A DNA stretch of 64,000 nt from an uncultured Phycisphaerales bacterium. GTDB taxonomy: Bacteria; Planctomycetota; Phycisphaerae; Tepidisphaerales; Tepidisphaeraceae. Every line of letters starts with the position of its first letter. The stretch's first letter is position 1. The notes under the pieces were generated by a model that did not search any database, was not told the origin of the DNA, and was given only the letters and a program-made list of their open reading frames with translations. Below are positions 42,184 through 52,663 of the stretch, piece by piece. Location: assembly GCA_963844715.1 (NCBI GenBank), contig CAWJPJ010000008.1, positions 384,001 to 448,000 on the forward strand, read 5' to 3'. The position numbers and the translations under genes are program-made.

Positions 42184-43683
42184 ATGTCATTGTTAGCTGG
42201 GGGAGCGACGAAGAAGTCGGGCGCAGAGCGCACGTTGAACTCGGCTGCGATCGCCGAATACATCTTCATCGCGTCGCTGGGGATCATCCTCGGGACGGGG
42301 TTTTTGCTCTTTTGGCACGCCGTTCCCCTGGCGGATGATTTCTATCGTGCCGTCGAGTCCCGCCAGCTGGGAATCTGGCCGTCGCTCCGCTCGGAGTACG
42401 TCGGCTGGACCGGCCGCTGGGCCGGCGCGCTGATCGAACTGATCGCCACCCGGTTCGCCGTCACCTTCCGATTTTATCCGCTGGTCATCCTGCCTTTCGC
42501 GTTGGTCATGGCCGCCGCCGTCTATCGATTCGCCGGCGCCGTCCTCGGCGCCGCGCCGCGCGCCTTCTGGTCGCCATCACCGCCAGTTTCATTTGCTTCT
42601 ACTTTTCGCGAATGCCCGGACCAGGTGAAACGTTCTACTGGCTCACCGGGGCGGCCGAGAATCAGTTCGGACTGTCCCTCTACCTGCTCGTCCTCGCCGC
42701 GCTCCTTCGCGCCTCCAATTCAAACCGTGCGCCCGGCATCGCCAAACTTTTGCTCCTTTTCCTGGGGACGATATTTGCCGCCGGAACCCACGAACTTTAT
42801 GCCCTTATGTTCGTCATTGTGACCGCGGCGGGGGCATTTCTCGCCTTTCAGATTCGCAGCCGGAGCGCTCGAGCATGGACCGTCGCGACCCTGGCCGCTG
42901 TTGTGGGGTTTTTGATCGTTTACGTGGCCCCGGGAAATCGGGTCCGCGAAGCGACCCTTGCCAATCACGGCAATCTTCGCGTCGCGCTATTCGTCGGCAT
43001 CGCTCAGGGGAAAAGCTACCTCCTCTGGTGGACGCAAAATTTCGCGCTGTGGATCGCCACGCTTTTGTTTTTGTCCCATCCCGCTGTGCGGGGCGCCCAT
43101 CCGCGCTGGACGAGCGGCTGGGTCGCCCGCTGGTGGCCGGTCGTTCCCACCGCTTACGTCCTGATTCTGGCCGGAGGCTTCTTCGGACCAAGCTGGGCCA
43201 TGGGCTACGAGATGGCTCCGCGCACCGCCAATGCCATCTACTTCTGTTTCCTTCTCGGCTGGATGCTCACTGCCTTCGTTCTGACCCGCCCGGGCGGCCC
43301 CTTCGCGGCGTTTCGCCTTAATTGGGTTCGCTTCCGGCCCTGGCTTCTGGTCGGATTTGCCATCGCGATTCTGACCGGCCCGGATATTGGCGCAGGCCGT
43401 GCGCGACGCGTTGCGCCGATCCGACCAGTACGCCGCCGAAATGCACCGGCGCGATGATCTTCTGGCCAATGCGCGGCGGAAGGGCCAGTTGGACGTCCAG
43501 GTCCCGCCAATCCGCGTCTGGCCTCCCTCTTACCCGAGCCAGGGAGTGGGGGAATTGGCCGGAAACAGCGACTATTGGGTCAACGAGAGCGTCGCCGAAT
43601 ATTCCGGGCTGCGCTCCGTCAAACTGAAATCTCCGGCCCCCGATTCTCAAGTCTCCCCGGATAAGGGATCGCCCCCGAATTAG
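42184..43683 (+). CDS. DUF6056-like multi-pass membrane protein (frameshifts near 42570 and 43390)
   Basis: ADDF, WTGRW, ETFYW, APGNRVR, YWVN..AEY. Confidence 0.65.
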
Positions 43684-43706
43684 CGTAATATAGGCGGCGG
43701 GAAACC

Positions 43707-45543
43707 GTGACTCCGCCCGGCAAACCACTTCTGGTCTTTGACGGCGACTGCTCCTTCTGTAGCCGCTGGGTTGCCCGCTGGCGCTGCGGCGGAGCCGAAG
43801 AGGTCGACGCCGAACCTTTCCAGACCGCCGCCGAAAGATTTCCCGATATCCCGCGCGAAAATTTTACCCGTGCGGTTCATCTCATCGAGCCGGACGGAAC
43901 GGTTTATCGCGGCGCTAGTGCCGCCTTCGCCGCCCTGGCGCACAGCGGGCGGGCGCCGATCCTATTCTGGCTCTACCGCCGCGTCCCGCCGTTCGCCTGG
44001 ATAACGGACGGCGGCTATCGCCTCGTCGCCGATCATCGCGACGCCTTCGACAAGCTCGAATGGTTCTTCTCCGGCTGGCGCCGCGAGCCGCCCAGTTATG
44101 TCCTCAGCCGCGATTTATTTCTGCGCGGCCTGGGGATCATCTACTTAATCGCATTCTGGTCCCTGTGGGGTCAGATCGAAGGCCTCGTCGGGAGCAAAGG
44201 CATTTTGCCGGTTTCGATGCTGGTGACCGAAGTTCAAAAGCAATTCGGGCCGGAGCGTTACTTCATCTGGCCAACCCTCTGCTGGCTGAATTCCTCCGAC
44301 ACGTTCCTGCGCATCCTCTGCGGCGGGGGGGAAGCGCTGGCCTGTCTGCTCATTCTGGGAATCTTCCCGGGCCCGATCCTTATCCTTCTCTGGGCGGCTT
44401 ATCTCTCCCTCGTCGTCGCCGGGCAGGATTTCCTTTCCTTCCAGTGGGATTGCCTGCTCCTCGAGGCCGGTTTCATTTCGATCTTCTTCGCTCCCTGGGG
44501 TCCGTGGCCTCGCCTGCGAAACACGCGCGCTCCTCCCGCGATCCCGCGCTGGCTTCTCAAATGGCTACTCTTCCGCGTCATGTTCTGGTCCGGAATTCTC
44601 AAACTCACCAGCGGCGACCTCTGCTGCGCGCCTGCACCGCCATGCAATTCCACTACTGGACCCAGCCCATCCCCACCTGGACAAGCTGGTACATCGCCCA
44701 GGCACGGATTGGTTTCAGCACTTTTCCGTCTGGGTTGTTATCTTCGCCGAGGTCGTCCTGCCGCCTTTTTATTTCGCCCCGCGAAGATTGCGCCTCTTCG
44801 CCATGTTCGGAACCGTCTTCTTCCAACTCCTCATCGCCGCCACGGGCAATTATGGATTTTTCAATCTCCTCACCATCGTCCTGTGCATTCTCCTTGCCGA
44901 CGATTCATTCTGGCCGCGCCGCTTGAGCCGGAATCCGTCGATCTCGCGCTGGCGCAGCGCAAAAGGCTGGCGCCTCTGGCCGGTCGTCATCACCATTCCG
45001 CTATCAATCCTGATTCTCGTAATCACGCTGAAGCAGGGCATCGACGCCGTGGGCTGGCAAGTCAATTGGCCCGCATCGCTGCAAGCCGTCGACGACGCCA
45101 TCGAACCCTTCCGCACCATCAACAGCTATGGCCTGTTCCGAGTCATGACCACCCAGCGCAACGAAATCATCATCGAAGGCAGCGACGACGGCCAAACCTG
45201 GAAGGAATACCAATTCGAATATAAACCCGGCGACGTCAATCGCGCCCCCGTCTTCACGACCCCTCACATGCCGCGCCTCGATTGGCAAATGTGGTTCGCC
45301 GCCCTGAGCGACGCACAGAGCAACCCGTGGTTCGAAAATTTCATGATCCGCCTCCTCGAAGGCTCCCCGCCTGTCGTCAAACTTCTGGCCTACGACCCCT
45401 TCCCGGATCATCCTCCGCGTTACGTGCGGGCGGTTATGTACGACTATCATTTCACCACATTCCAGGAACGCAAAGCGACCGGAGCTTGGTGGACGCGCAA
45501 GGAACTGGGGCTCTATTTCCCTTCCGTCTCCCTGAACCAGTAA
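43707..45543 (+). CDS. DCC1-like thiol-disulfide domain fused to lipase maturation factor (frameshifted 44630-44710)
   Basis: FDGDCSFC; FQWDCLLLEAGF, HYWTQPIP, GNYGFFN, NSYGLF, PRLDWQMWF. Confidence 0.88.
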
Positions 45544-45577
45544 TCCATTTTCCTCGCCAAGATTGACACGCCTTCAT

Positions 45578-45617
45578 TCCCCTCCACCGGTACTCCGGGG
45601 GAGGGTAGGGAGGGGGG
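45578..45617 (+). repeat. BoxC/REP-like GTACT hairpin repeat
   Basis: TCCCCTCCACCGGTACTCCGGGGGAGGGTAGGGAGGGGG; same family as 11978-12089. Confidence 0.7.
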
Positions 45618-45670
45618 CTTTATCGCGCGATACCGCTCTTCTCTGGTAAGATCATCCGGGAGGAGTTTTC

Positions 45671-46836
45671 GTGAAGATCCTGGACATCCGCGAAGTTACC
45701 CGCCCGATCAGTTCCCCAATCCGCAACGCCTATATTGATTTCTCGAAGATGACCCTCAGCCTCGTCGCCGTCGTCACCGACCAGACCCGCGACGGCAAGC
45801 GCATCATCGGCTACGGCTTCAATTCCAACGGCCGCTACGGCCAGGGCAACCTCATCCGCGAGCGCTTCCGCCCCCGCATTCTCGAAGCCAAACCGGAAAC
45901 CCTCCTCAGCGAAGACGGCAAGAATCTCGACGCCCACAAGATCTGGTCCTGCATGATGACCAACGAAAAACCCGGCGGCCATGGCGAACGCTCCGTCGCC
46001 GTCGGAACCATCGACATGGCCGTCTGGGACGCCGTCGCGAAAATCGCCAATAAACCCCTCTTCGAATTGCTCGCTGAAAAATATGGCGACGGAAAAGTGA
46101 ACCGAAAATCTTCGTCTACGCGGCGGGGGGATACTACTACCCCGGCAAAGACCTCGAAGCCCTCAAACAGGAAATGAAATCCTACATCGATCGCGGTTAC
46201 ACCGTCGTCAAAATGAAAATCGGCGGCGCACCGCTCGATGAAGACCTCCAGCGCATCGAAGCCGTCCTCAGCATCCTAAAACCCGGCCAGCGCCTCGCCG
46301 TCGACGCCAACGGTCGCTTCGCTCTCCCCACGGCAATCGCCTACTGCGACGCAATCGCCAAGTACAATCTCTTCTGGTACGAAGAAGCCGGCGATCCGCT
46401 CGATTACCAGCTTCAAGCCGAGCTCGGCAAGCATTATTCCGGCCCCATGGCCACCGGCGAGAATCTCTTCTCCATGCAAGACGCCCGCAACCTCATCCGC
46501 CACGGCGGCATGCGGCCCGACCGCGACTGGCTCCAGTTCGATTGCGCCCTCAGCTATGGCCTGGTCGAATATCTCCGCACCCTCAAGATGCTCAAGGAAA
46601 ACGGCTGGTCCCCCTCGCGCTGCATCCCCCACGGCGGCCACCAAATGTCCCTCAACATCGCCGCCGGTCTGGGCCTCGGTGGAAACGAATCCTATCCCGA
46701 TCTCTTCCAGCCGTTCGGCGGTTTTCCCGACGGCACCCACGTCGAAAACGGCTACGTCAATCTCCCCGCCCTCGTCGGCATCGGGTTCGAGGGCAAGGCC
46801 GACCTCTATCGCGAAATGAAAGCCCTGGCGGAGTGA
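45671..46836 (+). CDS. tarD: enolase-superfamily (mandelate racemase subgroup) D-tartrate dehydratase-like enzyme (frameshift near 46105)
   Basis: IRNAYIDFSKMT, GYGFNSNGRY, KMKIGG, WYEEAGDP, CIPHGGHQ. Confidence 0.8.
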
Positions 46837-46839
46837 TCC

Positions 46840-48117
46840 GTGGCGCAAAACGCACCGCGTACAAAAAATTTCTTCGCCCAACTCTGGGTTCAGCTTCTCA
46901 TCGGCCTTGTCCTGGGAATTCTCGTCGGCATCCTCTGGGGCAAACCCGCCGCACAGCTCAAAATCCTCGCCGATCTCTTCATCAAGCTGATCCGCATGGT
47001 GCTCCCGCCGATTATCTTCGGCACCGTCTGCGTCGGCATCGCAAAAATGGGCAATCTCAGAACCGCCGGTCGCGTCGGACTCAAGGCTCTCGTCTATTTC
47101 GAAGTCGTCTCCACGTTTTCCCTCCTCATCGGCCTGGTCGTCGTCAACGTCATCAAGCCCGGCGCCGGCATGCACATCGACCCCGCCACCCTCGACACCC
47201 ACGCCATCGCCGGCTTTATCAAAACCGGCCAGCAACTCACTCCCCGGGAATTCCTCATCAACATCATCCCCACCAGCTTCGTCGGCGCTTTCGTCGACGG
47301 CACGATGCTCCAGGTCATCCTCCTGGCCATCCTCTTCGGCGTCGCCCTCTCCCTTCTGGGCCCGCGCAAAACCCAGCTCATCGAAGTCCTCGACGGCTTC
47401 GTTCACGTTTTCTTTGGCATCGTCCGCATCATCATGTGGCTCGCGCCGCTGGCCGCATTCGGGTCCATGGCCGCCATCATCGGCCAGTACGGATCGCACA
47501 TCCTCGTCTCCTACGGCAAACTCATGGCCGGCGTCTATCTCACCAGTCTTGCCTTCATCTTCGGCGTCCTGGGCTTCATCTCCTACCTCTGCCGCATCTC
47601 GCTCCTCAAATTCCTCGCGTACATCAAGGACGAAATCGCCATCACCTTCGGCACTTGCTCCACCGAAGCCGTCCTCCCGCAGATGATGATCAAGATGGAA
47701 AAAATCGGCTGCGAAAAATCCCTCGTCGAAATGGTCCTCCCCGCCGGATACACCTTCAACGCCGACGGCACCTCCATCTATCTCACCATGGCCGCGATCT
47801 TCATCGCCCAGGCCACCGACCGCTCGCTTACCATCGGCGACCAACTCATCGTCCTGGCCGTCCTGCTTCTAACGAGCAAAGGTTCCGCCGGCGTCGCCGG
47901 CTCCGGTTTCGTGACCCTCGCCGCGACGCTCGCCTCGATGAACAAAATCCCCGTCGAGGGAATCGTCCTTCTCCTCGGCATCGAAAGTTTCGTCAACCAG
48001 GCGCGAGCCGTCACCAATCTCATCGGCAACGGCGTCGCCACCATCGCCGTCGCGCGATGGGAAGGAGATTTTGACGATCGCAGAGCGGGGGAGATTCTCA
48101 GATCAACCGGTCAATGA
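46840..48117 (+). CDS. dctA: C4-dicarboxylate:cation symporter
   Basis: FIKLIRM, GYTFNADGT, TSKGSAGV, TNLIGNGVAT. Confidence 0.9.
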   Translation: MAQNAPRTKNFFAQLWVQLLIGLVLGILVGILWGKPAAQLKILADLFIKLIRMVLPPIIFGTVCVGIAKMGNLRTAGRVGLKALVYFEVVSTFSLLIGLVVVNVIKPGAGMHIDPATLDTHAIAGFIKTGQQLTPREFLINIIPTSFVGAFVDGTMLQVILLAILFGVALSLLGPRKTQLIEVLDGFVHVFFGIVRIIMWLAPLAAFGSMAAIIGQYGSHILVSYGKLMAGVYLTSLAFIFGVLGFISYLCRISLLKFLAYIKDEIAITFGTCSTEAVLPQMMIKMEKIGCEKSLVEMVLPAGYTFNADGTSIYLTMAAIFIAQATDRSLTIGDQLIVLAVLLLTSKGSAGVAGSGFVTLAATLASMNKIPVEGIVLLLGIESFVNQARAVTNLIGNGVATIAVARWEGDFDDRRAGEILRSTGQ

Positions 48118-48230
48118 TGCCAGTCGTCATCGTGATGCCAATGGTCATCATGGTGAACGTCTTCATGCACTACGCATCCACTGGCGGACCCGATAAACAA
48201 GAGGGTTAACAACATAAGAACATAACGCAT
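48111..48230 (-). CDS. 39-aa His/Asp-rich small lipoprotein (below the ORF-track cutoff)
   Basis: GAGGAG RBS then ATG; MRYVLMLLTLLFIGSASG-C signal II lipobox; mature part CVVHEDVHHDDHWHHDDDWHH. Confidence 0.75.
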   Translation of the reverse strand: MRYVLMLLTLLFIGSASGCVVHEDVHHDDHWHHDDDWHH

Positions 48231-48376
48231 AGCGGACTCCTCAAAACATCACTCTCCGCTACTAACCTCTATCTGCGCGAAATGGTGGGGATTAGGCAAC
48301 GGTAAAAAACATGAAGACTTGGCATCCGCCGCCACAATCGACACAATAGCCCCAGGTGAAGGCAGCAACTCTCGAC

Positions 48377-49292
48377 ATGGCCAGTGCAACCACCGCCACC
48401 GTAGCCGAGGCGGAGTTGCAAACCCGCCGGCTTGCGCGCGACCACTACGAAAATTTCTCCGTCGTCACGCTTTTGCTCCCCAAACATCTCCGCCAGGATT
48501 TCTGCAACATTTACGCCTTTTGCAGGGTCGCCGACGATCTCGGCGACGAAACCGGCGACCGCGATCTCTCGCTGAAGCTGCTCGACGATTTCCGCCGCCA
48601 GACCCTCGACTGTTTCGCCGGCCGCTCGACTACCGCCGTCTTCGTCGCTCTTTCCGAAACCATCCGCCGCCGCGACCTGCCTCCCGAGCCGTTCCTCGAT
48701 CTCATCGACGCCTTCGAGCAGGACCAGCGCAGTCCTGCGATATCAGACTTTCGATCAGGTCCTCGATTATTGCTGGCGCAGCGCCAATCCCGTCGGGCGG
48801 CTGGTCCTCTATCTCTGCGGCTACCGCGACGAAAAACGCCAGTTGCTTTCCGATCAAACCTGCAGCGCATTACAGCTTGCCAATTTCTGGCAGGATGTCC
48901 GCCGCGACATTCTGGATCGCAACCGCATTTACATTCCGAAGGACTCCATGGACCGCTTCGGCGTCACCGAAGAGCAAATTCGCGACGGCCGCTGCGACGA
49001 CAATTTCCGCAATCTCATGCGATTCGAAGTCGATCGCTGCGCCGAGATGTTCAGTCGCGGCGATGCGCTGCTCCCCCTCCTGCGTCCGGCCGTCCGCATG
49101 CAGATCGCCCTCTTCGGAAAAGGCGGCCGCCTCGTCCTCAGTTCCATCCGCCGCCAGAATTACGACACGCTCTCGCGCCGCCCGGCTCTTTCGAAATGGC
49201 AAAAGGGCGGCCTCATTGCCGCCACCGTGGCCGCGATGGCGGGGCGCGTTCTGGTCGGCAGGAAAAACGGGGACGCCGGAGACTCCCAATGA
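48377..49292 (+). CDS. hpnC: squalene synthase HpnC (frameshift near 48735)
   Basis: HYENFSV, IYAFCRVADDLGDE, AFEQDQ, LQLANFWQDV. Confidence 0.9.
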
Positions 49293-50188
49293 GCATCACC
49301 GCGCCCACCGGTTTTGCGTCCGCCGCCGCCGTCTCCCCGGCCGAGTCCTTCCAGTATTGCCAGACCGTCACCCGCCAGCAGGCGAAAAACTTTTACTACG
49401 GCTTAAAACTCCTCCCCGAGCCGCGCCGCTCCGCCATGTTCGCCCTCTACGCCTACATGCGCGCCGTCGATGACATCGCCGACGGCCAGGCCGGCCGCCC
49501 CGTCTCCGAACGGAACAAATCGCTCGAATCCTGGACCCAGCAAACCCGCAATGCGCTGGCCGGAAAAATCCCCGGCAATTCCCTTCTCTGGCCCGCCTTC
49601 ATCGACATGACCCGCCGCTACGGCGTCCCCGCTTACGTCTTCGAGGAAGTCATCGCCGGCCAAAAACAGGACCTCGACGGACCCGTCTTCGAGGATTTCG
49701 AACCCCTGCGCCAATATTGCTATCGCGTCGCCGGCGTCGTCGGCGTCGCCAGCATTCACGTCTTCGGTTTCACCGGCGGCGACGAAACCATCGAACTGGC
49801 CGTCCGCCGCGGCGTCGCCTTCCAACTCACCAACATCCTCCGCGATCTTCGCGAAGACGCCCTCCGCGGCCGCGTCTATCTCCCCCGCAAAGAACTCCGC
49901 GAAGCCGGCGTCGCCGATCAGGACCTCCTCATCGGCAAATCCGGCGCACCCTTCATCGAACTCATGCGGCAACAAATAGAGCGGGCGAGATCGTTTTACG
50001 CCGATTCCAGCCAGCTCGAGTCGCGCATCGAACCCGCCAGCCGCCCGACCCTCTCCGCGATGACCGACATTTACCGCGGCCTGCTCGAAAAAATCTCCGC
50101 CGACCCCGCCCGCGTCCTCAAGCGGCGCGTCTCCCTGTCGGCATTATCCAAGCTGCGCATCGCCTGGCGTGCGGCGCGATCGAGGTAA
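49289..50188 (+). CDS. hpnD: presqualene diphosphate synthase HpnD
   Basis: NFYYG, YMRAVDDIAD, YCYRVAG, QLTNILRD, GRVYLP. Confidence 0.9.
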   Translation: MSITAPTGFASAAAVSPAESFQYCQTVTRQQAKNFYYGLKLLPEPRRSAMFALYAYMRAVDDIADGQAGRPVSERNKSLESWTQQTRNALAGKIPGNSLLWPAFIDMTRRYGVPAYVFEEVIAGQKQDLDGPVFEDFEPLRQYCYRVAGVVGVASIHVFGFTGGDETIELAVRRGVAFQLTNILRDLREDALRGRVYLPRKELREAGVADQDLLIGKSGAPFIELMRQQIERARSFYADSSQLESRIEPASRPTLSAMTDIYRGLLEKISADPARVLKRRVSLSALSKLRIAWRAARSR

Positions 50189-50195
50189 TCTGATA

Positions 50196-51559
50196 ATGCC
50201 GGGCCAGCGCGTCGTCGTCGTCGGTGGCGGCTTGGCAGGCATGGCCGCCGCCTCGGTCCTTCAATCCCGCGGCGCCAACGTCACACTCATCGAAGCCCGC
50301 AAAACCCTCGGCGGCCGTGCCGGCTCCTTCGAAGACCCCCAATCCGGCGAGATCCTCGACAACTGCCAGCACGTCCTCCTCGCCTGCTGCACCAATCTCC
50401 TCGATTTCTACAATCGCCTGGGCGTCGCCGACCGCATCCAATGGCACGACGCCATCTATTTCGTAGACGAGCACGGCAAAACCCACACCCTAAGCGGCTG
50501 CAGCGCAGCTCCCCGCCCCGTTCCATCTCTCGTTGTCTCTTGCAAAATTCTCGGCCCTCACCCTAGGCCAGCGCCAGCCTCACCAAAGCCATGCTCGCCA
50601 TGATGCGCCTCGGCCGCCAAGGCCGAAACAAATTATCCGAAACCCCCTTCGGAACATGGCTGAAAGATCACCGCCAAAGCGGCGCGCTGGTCGACAAGCT
50701 CTACGAACTGATCCTCATCAGCGCCCTCAACGAAAAATGCCGCGACGCCTCCGCGATGTACGCCATCCAGGTCTTCCAGGAATCGCTCCTGGAGAATTCC
50801 GCCGCCTATCGAATGGGCACCCCGGCGTGTCCCCTCGGCAAGCTCTACGAAAACCTCCCCTGCAAAGACGTGCGCCTCGCCACCCGCATGACGGGCTTAC
50901 GCTTCTCCGGCCCGCGCGTCGCCGGCGTGGAAATCGCCGGCGAACTACTCGAAGCCGATGCCGTGGTGCTGGCCGTCAATTATCACGCCCTGCAAAAATG
51001 GATTCCTGAAGACCTCGCCAGAGCCGATTCGCGATTTGCCCCCCTGGAAAACCTGCAAAGCGTCCCCATCCTCGGCGCTCACATGTGGTTCGACCGCCCC
51101 GTGATGACTCTCCCCCAAGCCGCGCTCATAGGCGGCCCGCTCCAATGGCTGTTCAGAAAAGATCCCCAAGGTCGAGTCCTCCACGGCGTCATCAGCGCCG
51201 CCCGAGACTGGACAGATAAATCCAAGGACGAATTGCTACAAATTTTCCTGAACCAAATCCGCAACACGTTCCCCGCCGCCCAAGACGCCAAACTCGAACG
51301 CGGCGTCATCGTCATAGAAAAACGCGCCACCTATTCCCCCCACCCCGGCGTCGACAAATTCCGCCCGCCCCAGGCCCCGCCCCCCAACGGCATCGCCAAT
51401 CTCTACCTCGCAGGCGATTACACCCAAACCGGCTGGCCCGCCACTATGGAAGGCGCCGTCCGCAGCGGCTATCTCGCCGCCGAGGCAATCACCGGAGAGA
51501 AATTTCTCGTCCCCGATCTTCCCATGCAGTTCCCCGCCCGATGCCTGGCACGATGTTGA
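50196..51559 (+). CDS. hpnE: hydroxysqualene dehydroxylase HpnE (frameshifted 50500-50590)
   Basis: VGGGLAG, LGGRAGS, DNCQHVL, LAGDYTQTGWPATMEGAVRSG. Confidence 0.9.
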
Positions 51560-51576
51560 TCGAATTACAATCAAGC

Positions 51577-52478
51577 CTAAGCGTGAGCCGCTTGGCCCTC
51601 ATAAAGCGGAACAAATTCTTCGGCAACGAACGTTTCGTACGAAGTTGGCATGGTATTTTTAGGTGATCGCGCTTCCAGAGCCGCATGTGACCCGAATTCA
51701 TCGCGGCCACCATTTCGAGAATCAAATTCACGAAATCCACCGTGACGCCCATCTTCAGCATCGCGCCGCGGAACTGATCGTCGGAAATCTGTACATAACT
51801 GAGGTCCGGCTTCCCGATCGCTTGGCCGATGACTCCAGCGGCTTCGATCATCGTGAGTTCGCGCTGGCCGAGAAGCTCGCCGGTTTGTTTTCCCTTGAAA
51901 TCCAGGCGCAGGAGCCGCTCGGCGGCGGCCCGACCGATATCGTGCGTGGCGATCATCGGTATCTTGAGATTCGGCCTGACCGGTCCCGCCGCTGTTCCCA
52001 TCGCATGAATAATGCCCGCTTGCGCGAAGGTATTTTCCATAAAATAGACGGCCCGCTGGTGCAGAACATTCAGCCCATCGATGGCGTTGAGGCTCTGTTC
52101 CATCTTATGAAGACCCACGACCGGCCCGGTTTTCGCGTCTTTATCCGCGCCATAACTGCTGAGCGTAACCGCGTATTCGACGCCTGCCGCCGAAAGCGCC
52201 GAACTCACGGCATCCGTGACCCGGTCCTGAAAGGCCCGGTAATCCTTCGCGACCATATTCGGAGGAATCATGACATATGCCGCTTTGACGCCTGCAAACG
52301 CGCGGGAAAGCGCGGCCGCGTCGGTCAGGTCGCACACAACCGGTTCCGCCCCCGCGATCTTCAACGGTTCGAGGCGTCTCTCGTCGCGGCCGATCGCACG
52401 CACGTGCTTTCCTTCATCGAGCAGCCGCTGAGCGACAATTTTTCCCGTATGACCGGTTGCACCTATGACAGCGTACAT
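51577..52478 (-). CDS. NmrA-like NAD(P)-binding protein (frameshift near 51681)
   Basis: VIGATGHTG, YFMEN, IATHDIG; the corrected frame ends FVPLYEGQAAHA*. Confidence 0.85.
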
Positions 52479-52663
52479 GCGGATCTCCTGTTGAAGCTCA
52501 GGTGAATCATAGGCCATGCCGCGCCGTCAAAGTCCAATCGAAGATTCAATTCTTCCTTCCCCGATAAATATAGCATGGTGCAAACGGGCGAAATAACAGC
52601 CTTAAAACGCGCGTCCGTTCCACCAAAGCCAAAATGTCATCTGGGAAATCCGTACCGATGCTT

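Noticed and set aside
48356..50188. Apparent 610-aa HpnC-HpnD fusion
   Set aside because: Artefact of the frameshift near 48735. The real HpnC C-terminus is in another frame ending at 49292 and overlaps the HpnD ATG.
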